A DNA stretch of 64,000 bases from Oscillospiraceae bacterium (lineage in GTDB: Bacteria; Bacillota; Clostridia; Oscillospirales; Oscillospiraceae), in NCBI GenBank assembly GCA_017395935.1, contig JAFQNL010000035.1, forward strand, positions 289-64,288, in the 5' to 3' direction. The position numbers were made by a program, and so were the translations under genes. Below the pieces are notes generated by a model. It worked only from the letters and a program-made list of their open reading frames with translations. It was not told where the DNA came from and did no database searches. Positions 35,648 to 44,071 of the stretch are shown here, one piece after another (position 1 is the stretch's first letter; each line of letters starts with the position of its first letter).

Positions 35648-36289
35648 TTAATCCAAATGCTCCAGCAGCTCCATGGGGCTGTCAATAATGGCCTTTGGTC
35701 CCAGCTGCTCCAGCAGTTCCCGGTCCCGGAAGCCCCAGCTGACGCTGACGCAGTCCAGTCCGGCGTTTCCGGCCGTGGCAAAGTCCACCTCCGAGTCGCC
35801 TACATAGACGCATTCATCCTTCTGTCGGCCCAGCTGCTCCATTACAGACCAGACCATATCCGGAGCGGGCTTACGGCTGATCCCAGCTTGCTCTCCCATG
35901 GAGAGCGCCATATAGTCACCAAAAAACTGGCGGCTCAGGGCAAGAACTGATTCGTGAGGTTTATTGGAGACCACGGCCATGGTAATCCCCCGCTGACGCA
36001 GGGCTTCCATAAGCTCCAGAATCCCCGCATAGGGACCGGTTCTGATCTGGTTATGCGCGGCGTACCAGAGCTTGAAGTCGGCCAGCAGCCGGTCCAGATC
36101 CGGATGATCCGGGCCAAGGATCTGCTCCCAGAGGACCCGGGCGCCGTTTCCTACATAGCGGCGCGTCTGCTCCAGCGTGATCGGCGCCATGCCCTCCCGG
36201 CAAAGGATATAATTCGCCGACGCTCTCAGATCCTCCAGCGTATCGAGAATGGTGCCGTCCATATCAAAAATGACAGTATTATAGCCCAT
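35648..36289 (-). CDS. HAD-superfamily phosphatase (phosphoglycolate phosphatase-like)
   Basis: Start MGYNTVIFDMDGTILDT (DxDGT motif) after GGAGG. VGDSEVD motif IV. Confidence 0.85.
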   Translation of the reverse strand: MGYNTVIFDMDGTILDTLEDLRASANYILCREGMAPITLEQTRRYVGNGARVLWEQILGPDHPDLDRLLADFKLWYAAHNQIRTGPYAGILELMEALRQRGITMAVVSNKPHESVLALSRQFFGDYMALSMGEQAGISRKPAPDMVWSVMEQLGRQKDECVYVGDSEVDFATAGNAGLDCVSVSWGFRDRELLEQLGPKAIIDSPMELLEHLD

Positions 36290-36342
36290 ATTCCTGCCTC
36301 CAGCGGTAGTTGTCTGGAGGTATTTTACCATATGGGTCCGGC

Positions 36343-37047
36343 CTATTCCAGCTTTTTTCGCAGCTGCTGGACCGCCTTTTTCTGCAGGCGGGAGATCTGC
36401 ACCTGACTGACGCCCAGTACCCGGGCCGTCTGCTCCTGCGTCAGGTTCCGGTAAAAGCGCAGCAGAATCACCTGCCGCTCCCGGTCCGGGAGCTGATCAA
36501 TGGCCTGTCGGAGCGAGAGGGACTCCACAATCTCCCCTTCAATCCCCTCGTCGCCCAAAACGGACTCCAGCGTCAGTCCCTCTCCCGTCTCGCTCTGCAG
36601 AGAGGTTACCGGCCCTGCCGCCAGTTCGGCGGCGGCGATGTCCTCCGCCGGGATTCCGGTTTCCTCCTCCAGCTCAGAGAGAACCGGCTCCCGACCCAGC
36701 CGAAGACTCAAGCTTTCCCGGGCCATCCGGATTCGAAGTGCCCGCTCCTTCAGGGTACGGCTGACCTTGACCGTGCCGTCGTCCCGGAGAAAGCGGCGGA
36801 TCTCTCCGGCGATTTTGGGCACAGCGTAGGTAGAGAACTGGGTCCCATAGTCCGGGTCATAGCCCTCCACTGCCTTCAGAAATCCAATACAGCCCAGCTG
36901 AAAGAGATCCTCCATCTCGGCGCCCCGGCCGGTATAGCGGCGGACGATACTCCAGATCAGCTTATCATTTTCCATCAGCAGCCGCTCTCTGGCCTGCCTG
37001 TCTCCCTGCCGGGCAGCCTCAAGCAGCTGGCCCTGCCGAAGGGTCAC
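36343..37047 (-). CDS. sigF: Sporulation sigma factor sigma-F
   Basis: 234 aa. Regions 2-4 (DLFQLGCIGFLKAVEGYD, STYAVPKIAGEIRRFLRDDG) and position after spoIIAA-spoIIAB. Confidence 0.92.
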   Translation of the reverse strand: MTLRQGQLLEAARQGDRQARERLLMENDKLIWSIVRRYTGRGAEMEDLFQLGCIGFLKAVEGYDPDYGTQFSTYAVPKIAGEIRRFLRDDGTVKVSRTLKERALRIRMARESLSLRLGREPVLSELEEETGIPAEDIAAAELAAGPVTSLQSETGEGLTLESVLGDEGIEGEIVESLSLRQAIDQLPDRERQVILLRFYRNLTQEQTARVLGVSQVQISRLQKKAVQQLRKKLE

Positions 37048-37487
37048 AGCCGGCCTCCCGGCCGGGAAGAGAGTTTTTTCCGCATAGTGACGCAGGTCCC
37101 CCGTCCGGGCCGGGAACGGATTTTCACCGCGTCCATAAAGCTCTCCATAATGGTAAAGCCCATGCCGCTGCGCTCCTCTCCCCCAGTGGTAAACATGGGC
37201 TCCCGGGCCTTTTCCACGTCCGGTATTCCCCGGCCCCAGTCCTGAACCCGGATTTCCAGCGTCCGGTCCTCATACCGACGCAGACGCAGAGAGACCTTAC
37301 CCAGTTCCTCCGGGTAGCCATGGACGATAGCGTTGGTCACCGCCTCGGAGACGGCCGTTTTCAGATCCCCCAGTTCCTCCAGCGTGGGGTCCATTTGGGC
37401 AGCAAAGCAGGCCGCCGCCGACCGGGCAAATCCCTCGTTGGCGCTGCGGCTTAAAAATTCCAGTTTGACACTGTTGACCGGTTTCAT
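37044..37487 (-). CDS. spoIIAB: Anti-sigma-F factor / serine kinase SpoIIAB
   Basis: 147 aa. HATPase_c motifs (AVTNAIVHGY, DWGRGI, ERSGMGF). Confidence 0.93.
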   Translation of the reverse strand: MKPVNSVKLEFLSRSANEGFARSAAACFAAQMDPTLEELGDLKTAVSEAVTNAIVHGYPEELGKVSLRLRRYEDRTLEIRVQDWGRGIPDVEKAREPMFTTGGEERSGMGFTIMESFMDAVKIRSRPGRGTCVTMRKKLSSRPGGRL

Positions 37488-37504
37488 ATGTAGCTCCTCC
37501 TCTC

Positions 37505-37822
37505 CTATTCTTCTCCCAGTTCCACCCGTCGGTGGATACCGGCAGCCTTAAGCACCCGCAGTGCCTGTCCGGGTACCGACTCCAGTCGGAGCCGGCCCCC
37601 CAGCTCCTCCATCAGTCGGCTGGCCCGGAGGACCAGCGCAATTCCAGAGGAGTCCATAAAGGTGACGCCGGAGAAGTCCAGCACCAACTCTCCCGGCAGC
37701 CGGGTACTCACCTCCCGTTCCAGTTCCCGGCTCAGAGCCTGAGCCCGATGATGGTCGATCTCTCCTGTCAGCTTCCAGCGTGTCTTACAGCTTCTGGAGC
37801 GGCAAGTCAGTTCCATGTCCAT
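37505..37822 (-). CDS. spoIIAA: Anti-sigma-F antagonist SpoIIAA (STAS)
   Basis: Start MDMELT after GGAGGAGG. STAS motif FSGVTFMDSSGIALV containing the phospho-serine. Confidence 0.88.
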   Translation of the reverse strand: MDMELTCRSRSCKTRWKLTGEIDHHRAQALSRELEREVSTRLPGELVLDFSGVTFMDSSGIALVLRASRLMEELGGRLRLESVPGQALRVLKAAGIHRRVELGEE

Positions 37823-37957
37823 TCCTCCTCCGGTATCTCTTGCGTTAAATATGAATTCACCCTGTACCCGATTTGGTGGGTATAGGGTGATTATATTGCC
37901 CCTCTCCCGCATATTCCGTCGAAGGGATATAGATGGAAAAATTTTGATAAAAACTGC

Positions 37958-37988
37958 TTGACTCTCCCCTTACGTCATCGTTTATTAT
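37958..37988 (+). promoter_or_regulatory. MerR-type promoter with 19-nt spacer
   Basis: TTGACT-19 nt-TATTAT immediately upstream of the merR-family gene. An over-long spacer is typical of MerR-regulated promoters. Confidence 0.5.
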
Positions 37989-38010
37989 GATTTTGAGAGG
38001 AGAGATCACT

Positions 38011-38736
38011 ATGTTGACAGTCAAGCAGGTAAGCCAGCTCACCGGACTTTCTGTCCGCACCCTGCACCACTATGACAAGATCGGTCTGCTTCGGCCCGCC
38101 CGGGTCTCCGGGGCCGGTTACCGACTCTACGACGACAGCTCACTGGCCCGGCTGCAGAGTATTTTGCTCTTTCGTGAGCTGCGCTTCTCTCTCAAGGAGA
38201 TCTGTCAACTGCTGGATAGGCCGGACTTCGATCCGGTAAAGGCCATTGACGGGCAGCTGGTACTGCTTCAGGCCCAGCGCCAGAGGCTGGATGAGCTTAT
38301 CCAACTGGCCCTAAAAATACAGACAACAGGAGAGATTACCATGAATTTCAAGCCTTTTGACGACCAGAAAATGGAGCAGTACCGCTCCGAGGCCAAGGCC
38401 CGCTGGGGTCAGAGTCAGGCCTGGCAGGAGTATGAGTCCCGTGAAAAGGCCGGCATGGACGTTTCGTCCGCCGGCAGCGGGCTGCTGGCTCTGCTGGCTG
38501 AGCTGGGCCAGCTCCGGGACAAGGGCCCCCAGTCGCCGGAAGCTCAAGCCGCAGTCGCCCGACTTCAGCAGTATATCACCGATCATTTCTACACCTGTAC
38601 CGATCAGATTCTGCAGGGACTGGGCCAGATGTATCTCTGCGATGAGCGGATGAAAGCGGCCATTGATAAGGCCGGGGGCGAGGGCACAGCCGACTTTGCC
38701 AGTCAGGCAATCTGCGCCTTTACCCGCGGCAAGTAA
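38011..38736 (+). CDS. MerR family regulator with TipAS-like C-terminal domain
   Basis: Start MLTVKQVSQLTGLSVRTLHHYDKIGLL. C-terminal half resembles the TipAS antibiotic-recognition domain (EAKARWGQSQAWQEYE...YLCDERMKAAIDK). Confidence 0.88.
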   Translation: MLTVKQVSQLTGLSVRTLHHYDKIGLLRPARVSGAGYRLYDDSSLARLQSILLFRELRFSLKEICQLLDRPDFDPVKAIDGQLVLLQAQRQRLDELIQLALKIQTTGEITMNFKPFDDQKMEQYRSEAKARWGQSQAWQEYESREKAGMDVSSAGSGLLALLAELGQLRDKGPQSPEAQAAVARLQQYITDHFYTCTDQILQGLGQMYLCDERMKAAIDKAGGEGTADFASQAICAFTRGK

Positions 38737-38747
38737 CGGCCCGATAG

Positions 38748-38784
38748 ACAAAAACCGCTCCTCATCCGCAGATGAGGGGCGGTC
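38748..38784 (+). repeat. 37-nt hairpin repeat, copy A (bidirectional terminator between merR and the anti-sigma gene)
   Basis: acaaaaaccgcTcctcatccgcagatgaggggcggtc. Matches copy B at 36 of 37 positions. Confidence 0.9.
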
Positions 38785-38790
38785 CTCTTT

Positions 38791-39603
38791 TTACTTACAA
38801 GCGCTGTCTATGACAGCTTTGGCATATTTCAGTCCCTGCTGCTCCGGCTGCTCAGGGACAGTGAGTCGGAAGCAGAGCCCCCTTTCCTCGTCCAGCCAGA
38901 GGACATTTTGATCGGTGGCAGTGATCAGCTCTCCTGTTGGCTCGCCCATCGCGTCCGTCTCCTGAACGGTGAAGGAGCATCGGCTGAGATAGAGGGTATA
39001 CCCCCGATACTCCGTTATCTCCGGCTCTGAGTAGATCAGATCCGGATAATTGGGGTGTTCCGGCCACGCGATCCACTCTCCCGTCTCCGGATCAAAGCCA
39101 AAATACGCGGCCCACAGTCTCCCCTCCATCCGTCCCGCTTCCAGTGCCAGCGTATCCCACGTAGCCATATCCACTTCTCCATCCTCCTCCGGCAGATAGA
39201 CGGCGCTGAAGGTCATATACTCTGCCTCCATCCCTTCGCTGGGCACTGTCTCTGAGGCAGAGATTCTCTTCCCGCTGACACTTCGCAGGGTGTACGCGCC
39301 CAGCCGCTCAGGAAGCGGATACTCCAGCTCTTCCCTCCAGTCCCGGTCCTGTTCCCTGCTTCCGGAAAAGACCACATAGTCCAGACGTTCCAGATCAAGC
39401 GCGGCTCCGGCCAGAACCAAAAGCAACAGCGCTGCGCAAGCTGCCATCGGTCGGGAAAACCGACGCCATCCGTCTTTTTTCTCCCCTTCAATCCTTTTCA
39501 GCGTACGCGTTTTCATCCGCTCCAGGGCCTCCCGATCCGGCAACTCATGCTCCCCGCGCTCTAAACACACACTCTCTCCCATCAGGTCAGAGATCCGTTT
39601 CAT
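38791..39603 (-). CDS. Single-pass membrane protein cotranscribed with the ECF sigma (putative anti-sigma / DUF4367-like ectodomain)
   Basis: 270 aa. Cytoplasmic N-terminus, TM (MAACAALLLLVLAGAAL), extracytoplasmic domain. A 17-nt overlap with the sigma gene. No HxxxCxxC zinc motif. Confidence 0.55.
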   Translation of the reverse strand: MKRISDLMGESVCLERGEHELPDREALERMKTRTLKRIEGEKKDGWRRFSRPMAACAALLLLVLAGAALDLERLDYVVFSGSREQDRDWREELEYPLPERLGAYTLRSVSGKRISASETVPSEGMEAEYMTFSAVYLPEEDGEVDMATWDTLALEAGRMEGRLWAAYFGFDPETGEWIAWPEHPNYPDLIYSEPEITEYRGYTLYLSRCSFTVQETDAMGEPTGELITATDQNVLWLDEERGLCFRLTVPEQPEQQGLKYAKAVIDSACK

Positions 39604-40144
39604 CTGTCCACCCTCCTTTCAACAGCCACTCCCGCAGCTTGCTCCGCCCTCGAAACAGCCGTGTCTTCACCGCTGAGACTGAAAGCCCTACCGCCGGGGC
39701 GATCTCCCGGACAGACTGGCAGCAGTAGTAATGCCGCAGGAAGATCTCCCGATCTCTGCTCTCCATCTCTCGGAGGGCTTGCTCCACCCTATGCTGCCGC
39801 TCCTGCCGGCTCAGGTGGTCGTCCATCGTCTCTTCCTCCGGTGAGAGCAGATCATCCTCCAGCTCCAGAACGGGTCTCTTCTGCCGAAGCTTATTGACGG
39901 CCATATTGCGCGCAGTACGTCCCAGCCAGCTCTTCACCCTGTCCGGAGCGCGAAGCGCTTTTCTATGCTTCCAGAGGGCAAAAAACACATCGGAAACTAC
40001 CTCTTCTATATCCTCCTCTGTCATGGAGGAGCGGAGGATGGAAGCAGCAACGGTATAGACGTAGGCGGAGTACCGATCCATCAGCGCTTCCAGCGCAGAT
40101 AGATTTCCTTCCCGCAACGCCCGAACACAGTCTTTTTCGTCCAT
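39587..40144 (-). CDS. ECF (group 4) sigma-70 family factor
   Basis: Start MDEKDCVRAL after AAAGGAGGGAG. Region 2 (YSAYVYTVAASIL...DVFFALWK) and region 4 (REIFLRHYYCCQSVREIAPAVGLSVSAVKTRLFRGR). Confidence 0.9.
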   Translation of the reverse strand: MDEKDCVRALREGNLSALEALMDRYSAYVYTVAASILRSSMTEEDIEEVVSDVFFALWKHRKALRAPDRVKSWLGRTARNMAVNKLRQKRPVLELEDDLLSPEEETMDDHLSRQERQHRVEQALREMESRDREIFLRHYYCCQSVREIAPAVGLSVSAVKTRLFRGRSKLREWLLKGGWTDETDL

Positions 40145-40195
40145 CTTCTCTCCCTCCTTTCTACCAGTAAAGACACAGCTTTCCGGTCTCCGGTT

Positions 40196-40232
40196 ACAAA
40201 AACCGCCCCTCATCCGCAGATGAGGGGCGGTC
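40196..40232 (+). repeat. 37-nt hairpin repeat, copy B (terminator of valS)
   Basis: acaaaaaccgcCcctcatccgcagatgaggggcggtc. Perfect 12-bp stem with a cgca loop and a T-run on the - strand. Confidence 0.9.
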
Positions 40233-40254
40233 TGTCTTGCTATAGGGTCAATTC

Positions 40255-42885
40255 TCAGCCCAGAGCCTTCAGAGACTCGGTGAGCTGGGCGATGAGGGCG
40301 GCAGTTTTTTCCATATTGGCACGCTCACGGGCCACAACAGCCTCGGGAGCCTTGGCCACAAAGCCGGCGTTGGACAGCTTCTTCTCAATACCGCTGAGAT
40401 ACTTCTGTGCCTTTTCCAGCTCCTTGGCGATACGGGCCCGCTCCTTGTCCAGATCCACCAGCTCGGCCAGCGGGATAAAGCACTTGGCGGCGGGAGTGAC
40501 CACGCTGACCAGGCCGTCCAGAACGGCGGGAGCCTGTGTGGTAACGGTGACCTGAGAGGCGGCGGCCAGACGGGTGAAGAAGGGGATGCCCTTGGCGAAG
40601 TCGTCAGGGTTCTCGGCCACCAGAGTCAGCTCTGCCTTGCGGCCGGGAGCCACGTTCATCTCGCTCCGGCGGGTACGGACAGCCTTGATGACGTCCATGA
40701 TCTGCTCCATGGCAGTCTCCTCGGCGGTGAAAGAGAACTTCTCGTCGTACTCAGGCCACTTCTGGAGCATCAGGTAGTCTCCCTCGTGGGGCAGAGCCTG
40801 CCAGATTTCCTCGGTAATGAAGGGCATGAAGGGGTGCAGCAGCTTGAGGATATCCGTCAGCACATAGCAGAGCACCTGCTGGGCACGGATCTTAGCCTCT
40901 TCGTCCTCGCCGTTCAGGCGGGCCTTGGTCAGTTCGATATACCAGTCACAGTAGCTGTCCCAGATGAAGTCGTAGACCTTCTGCGCAGCCACACCCAGTT
41001 CGTACTTCTCCATGTTCTCGGTAACTTCCCGAATAACGGTATTGAGCTTGGAGAGGATCCACTTGTCCTCCAGCTCCAGCATCTCGGGCAGCTTGCATTC
41101 CTCAATGGTCATATTCATCATCAGGAAGCGGGAAGCGTTCCAGATCTTATTGGCAAAGTTCCGCATAGCCTCGCAGCGCTCGGTATAGAAGCGCATATCG
41201 TTGCCGGGGCTGTTGCCAGTGACCAGATTGAAGCGCAGTGCGTCGCAGCCATACTTGTCGATAATCTCCAGAGGATCAATACCGTTGCCCAGACTCTTGG
41301 ACATCTTCCGGCCCTGAGCGTCGCGGACCAGGCCGTGGATCAGGACGGTGTGGAAGGGAGGCTTCTTGGTATGCTCGCAGCCGGAGAAGATCATCCGGGC
41401 CACCCAGAAGAAGATAATATCATAGCCGGTGACCAGCACATCAGTGGGATAGAAATAGTCCAGATCGGGGGTCTTTTCCGGCCAGCCCAAAGTAGAGAAG
41501 GGCCAGAGCGCGGAGGAGAACCAGGTGTCCAGTACGTCGGGATCCCGCTCAATGTTCTTCGAACCGCACTTTTCGCAGCAGTCGGGGTCCTCCCGGGAGA
41601 CGGTCATATGGCCGCACTCGGCGCAGTACCAGACAGGGATCTGATGGCCCCACCAGAGCTGGCGGGAAATGCACCAGTCATGGACGCCTTCCATCCAGTT
41701 CATATAGGTCTTGGAGAAGCGCTCGGGGACGAACTTGGTCTCGCCCTCGGCCACCACGCGCATGGCCTCCTCAGCCAGAGGCTTCATGCGAACGAACCAC
41801 TGAGCGGAGATAATCGGCTCCACGTCGTTGTGGCAGCGGTAACAGGTACCCACATTGTGGGAGTAGTCCTCGATCTTCTCCATTAGGCCCAGGCTGTCCA
41901 GCTCGGCCACAATGGCTTTACGGGCCTCGTAGCGGTCCATACCTTCGTACTTGCCGCCGTTATTATTGACTCTGCCATTGTCGTCCAGCACACGAATGGA
42001 CTCCAGATTGTGCCGCAGACCCACCTCGAAGTCATTGGGGTCATGGGCGGGCGTCATCTTGACGCATCCGGTGCCGAAGTCCATCTCCACGTAGTCGTCG
42101 GCCACGATGGGAATGGGTCGGTTCATGATGGGCAGGATGCAGTTCTTGCCGATCAGATGCTGATAGCGCTGATCATTGGGGTTGACGGCCACACCGGTAT
42201 CGCCCAGCATGGTCTCGGGACGGGTGGTAGCCACCACCAGATATTCACCCGGCTGGTCCTCCAGAGGATAGCGCATATGCCACAGGTGGCCGGGCTTGTC
42301 CTGATATTCCACCTCAGCGTCGGACAGGGCGGTCACGCAGTTGGGACACCAGTTGATGATCCGGCTGCCCTTGTAGATCAGGTCCTTCTCATACAGGGAG
42401 ACAAAGACTTCACGAACAGCCTTAGAGCAGCCCTCGTCCATGGTAAAGCGCTGACGCTCCCAGTCGCAGGAGGCGCCCAGCTTCTTCTGCTGCTGGACGA
42501 TACGGTTGCCGTACTTGTTCTTCCAGTCCCAGACCCGCTCCAGGAACTTCTCACGGCCCAGATCATACCGGGTGAGACCTTCCTTATTGCGCAGTTCTTC
42601 CTCCACCTTGATCTGGGTGGCGATGCCGGCGTGGTCGGTGCCGGGGACCCAGAGCGCAGCGTAGCCCTGCATCCGCTTAAAGCGGATCAGGATATCCTGC
42701 AGGGCAGCATCCATGGCGTGACCCATGTGGAGCTGGCCGGTAACGTTGGGAGGGGGCATAACGATAGTAAAGGGCTTCTTCTCCGGATCCCGGTGACCCT
42801 TGAAGCAGCCGTTGGACTCCCACATATCATAGATGCGGGACTCGACAGATTGCGGTTCATAGACCTTGGGCAGTTCTCTTGCCAT
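40255..42885 (-). CDS. valS: Valyl-tRNA synthetase
   Basis: 876 aa. PPPNVTGQLHMGH (HIGH), KMSKS, and a C-terminal coiled coil. Confidence 0.98.
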   Translation of the reverse strand: MARELPKVYEPQSVESRIYDMWESNGCFKGHRDPEKKPFTIVMPPPNVTGQLHMGHAMDAALQDILIRFKRMQGYAALWVPGTDHAGIATQIKVEEELRNKEGLTRYDLGREKFLERVWDWKNKYGNRIVQQQKKLGASCDWERQRFTMDEGCSKAVREVFVSLYEKDLIYKGSRIINWCPNCVTALSDAEVEYQDKPGHLWHMRYPLEDQPGEYLVVATTRPETMLGDTGVAVNPNDQRYQHLIGKNCILPIMNRPIPIVADDYVEMDFGTGCVKMTPAHDPNDFEVGLRHNLESIRVLDDNGRVNNNGGKYEGMDRYEARKAIVAELDSLGLMEKIEDYSHNVGTCYRCHNDVEPIISAQWFVRMKPLAEEAMRVVAEGETKFVPERFSKTYMNWMEGVHDWCISRQLWWGHQIPVWYCAECGHMTVSREDPDCCEKCGSKNIERDPDVLDTWFSSALWPFSTLGWPEKTPDLDYFYPTDVLVTGYDIIFFWVARMIFSGCEHTKKPPFHTVLIHGLVRDAQGRKMSKSLGNGIDPLEIIDKYGCDALRFNLVTGNSPGNDMRFYTERCEAMRNFANKIWNASRFLMMNMTIEECKLPEMLELEDKWILSKLNTVIREVTENMEKYELGVAAQKVYDFIWDSYCDWYIELTKARLNGEDEEAKIRAQQVLCYVLTDILKLLHPFMPFITEEIWQALPHEGDYLMLQKWPEYDEKFSFTAEETAMEQIMDVIKAVRTRRSEMNVAPGRKAELTLVAENPDDFAKGIPFFTRLAAASQVTVTTQAPAVLDGLVSVVTPAAKCFIPLAELVDLDKERARIAKELEKAQKYLSGIEKKLSNAGFVAKAPEAVVARERANMEKTAALIAQLTESLKALG

Positions 42886-43206
42886 TGCGCTTCACGCTCC
42901 TTCTGATTTCTGACTCAGGGAAACAAAAACGCCCCGAGCCGCTGGGCTCAGGGCGAACAATAGTCCGTGGTACCACCTGAATTCAGGCCAATAGCCTGCA
43001 CTCGATCCCGATAACGGCGGGTATCCGGCGATCTCTACTTCCGGCAGTTTCAAGACCGCAGCTCTGGGGCGACCTTCCGCGCTTGTCCCGCCTGATACCT
43101 TACACCGACCGGTATCTCTCTGCTTTGCGGTGAGGGCGCGTACTCCTCCCCTTCTCAGCTATTTGAAAGATGCATTTAGTATATCGGACCCTTTTTCCCT
43201 TGTCAA
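42886..43206 (-). promoter_or_regulatory. valS promoter plus T-box riboswitch leader
   Basis: On the - strand: TTGACA-17-TATACT, an AGAGA box, the T-box sequence aattcaGGTGGTACCACGg (~42964-42985), and terminator gccctgagcc-cagc-ggctcggggc+TTTTT (~42929-42955). A GUC Val codon in GGAAGGUCG (~43071-43073) is a tentative specifier. Confidence 0.85.
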
Positions 43207-43243
43207 GGGTAAAGGCCGGGACTTTCCGCACTTTTTCCCTCGA

Positions 43244-44062
43244 TCAGAGGTAGCCGTAAAGCCCCCGGACACTCACCTCGCCGCTCCTCACCGTCTCCCG
43301 GCGTCCATCCGGATAGCGGACCACCAGTCCAAAGTCCCGGTCAATCTCCTCGGCAAAGGCCAGCGCTTCCCGATTTCCGTCTACCAGCCGAACCTCCCGG
43401 CCCAGCGTCAGGCAGTCGGCCCGGTACTGTTCCAGACATCCGTCAAGTTTACCGGAAATAAAATTATGGTAAATCTTCTCCACTTCCCGCAGGATGGCAG
43501 CGGCCAGTTCCTCCCGGGAGAAGGTGCCGGGCAGCAGTTCTTCCAAAGAGCCGCCGATCTTCCGGAGGTCTTCCGGCCAGTCTTCCGGCCTCTGACTCAC
43601 ATTTAGTCCGAAGCCCAGCACCAGATGCTCCAGAGCGGCGCCGGGGCCGATGGTCATTTCGGTAAGTACGCCGCAAATCTTTTTCCCTTTCAGGACGATA
43701 TCGTTGGTCCACTTAATTTGAGGACGGCAGCCGGTGACCGCTTCAACGCCGCCGCAGACAGCGATGGCGGCATAGGCAGTAAAGTTCACTGCCTCAGCAG
43801 GGGCCAGCTCCGGCCGCAGGAGAAGGGAGCAGTAGAGCCCCTTCCCCGCAGGAGACTGGAAGCCGCGGCCCATCCGGCCCCGGCCGCCAGTCTGGCTGTC
43901 CGCGATACAGACAGTGCCGGCGGGGAGATGCTTTGCCTCCCGCTTGAGATAGCTGTTTGTAGAGTCCACCTCATCCAGCAGAATGAGATTTTGGCCCAGC
44001 GAGCAGCCTTCCAGCAAGGCTTTTAAGGTCTCCTCTTTCATTTTTCCTCGTTTTGCGGACAT
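43244..44062 (-). CDS. birA: Biotin-[acetyl-CoA-carboxylase] ligase (no N-terminal HTH)
   Basis: 272 aa. GRGRMGRGFQSP signature. Confidence 0.9.
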   Translation of the reverse strand: MSAKRGKMKEETLKALLEGCSLGQNLILLDEVDSTNSYLKREAKHLPAGTVCIADSQTGGRGRMGRGFQSPAGKGLYCSLLLRPELAPAEAVNFTAYAAIAVCGGVEAVTGCRPQIKWTNDIVLKGKKICGVLTEMTIGPGAALEHLVLGFGLNVSQRPEDWPEDLRKIGGSLEELLPGTFSREELAAAILREVEKIYHNFISGKLDGCLEQYRADCLTLGREVRLVDGNREALAFAEEIDRDFGLVVRYPDGRRETVRSGEVSVRGLYGYL

Positions 44063-44071
44063 AAAATCACA

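Noticed and set aside
36290-36345. Hairpin cctccag-N10-ctggagg between sigF and the HAD gene, considered as a terminator.
   Set aside because: No U-tract follows it, and its 3' arm is simply the HAD gene's SD (GGAGG). The evidence is insufficient to call a terminator or a translational switch.
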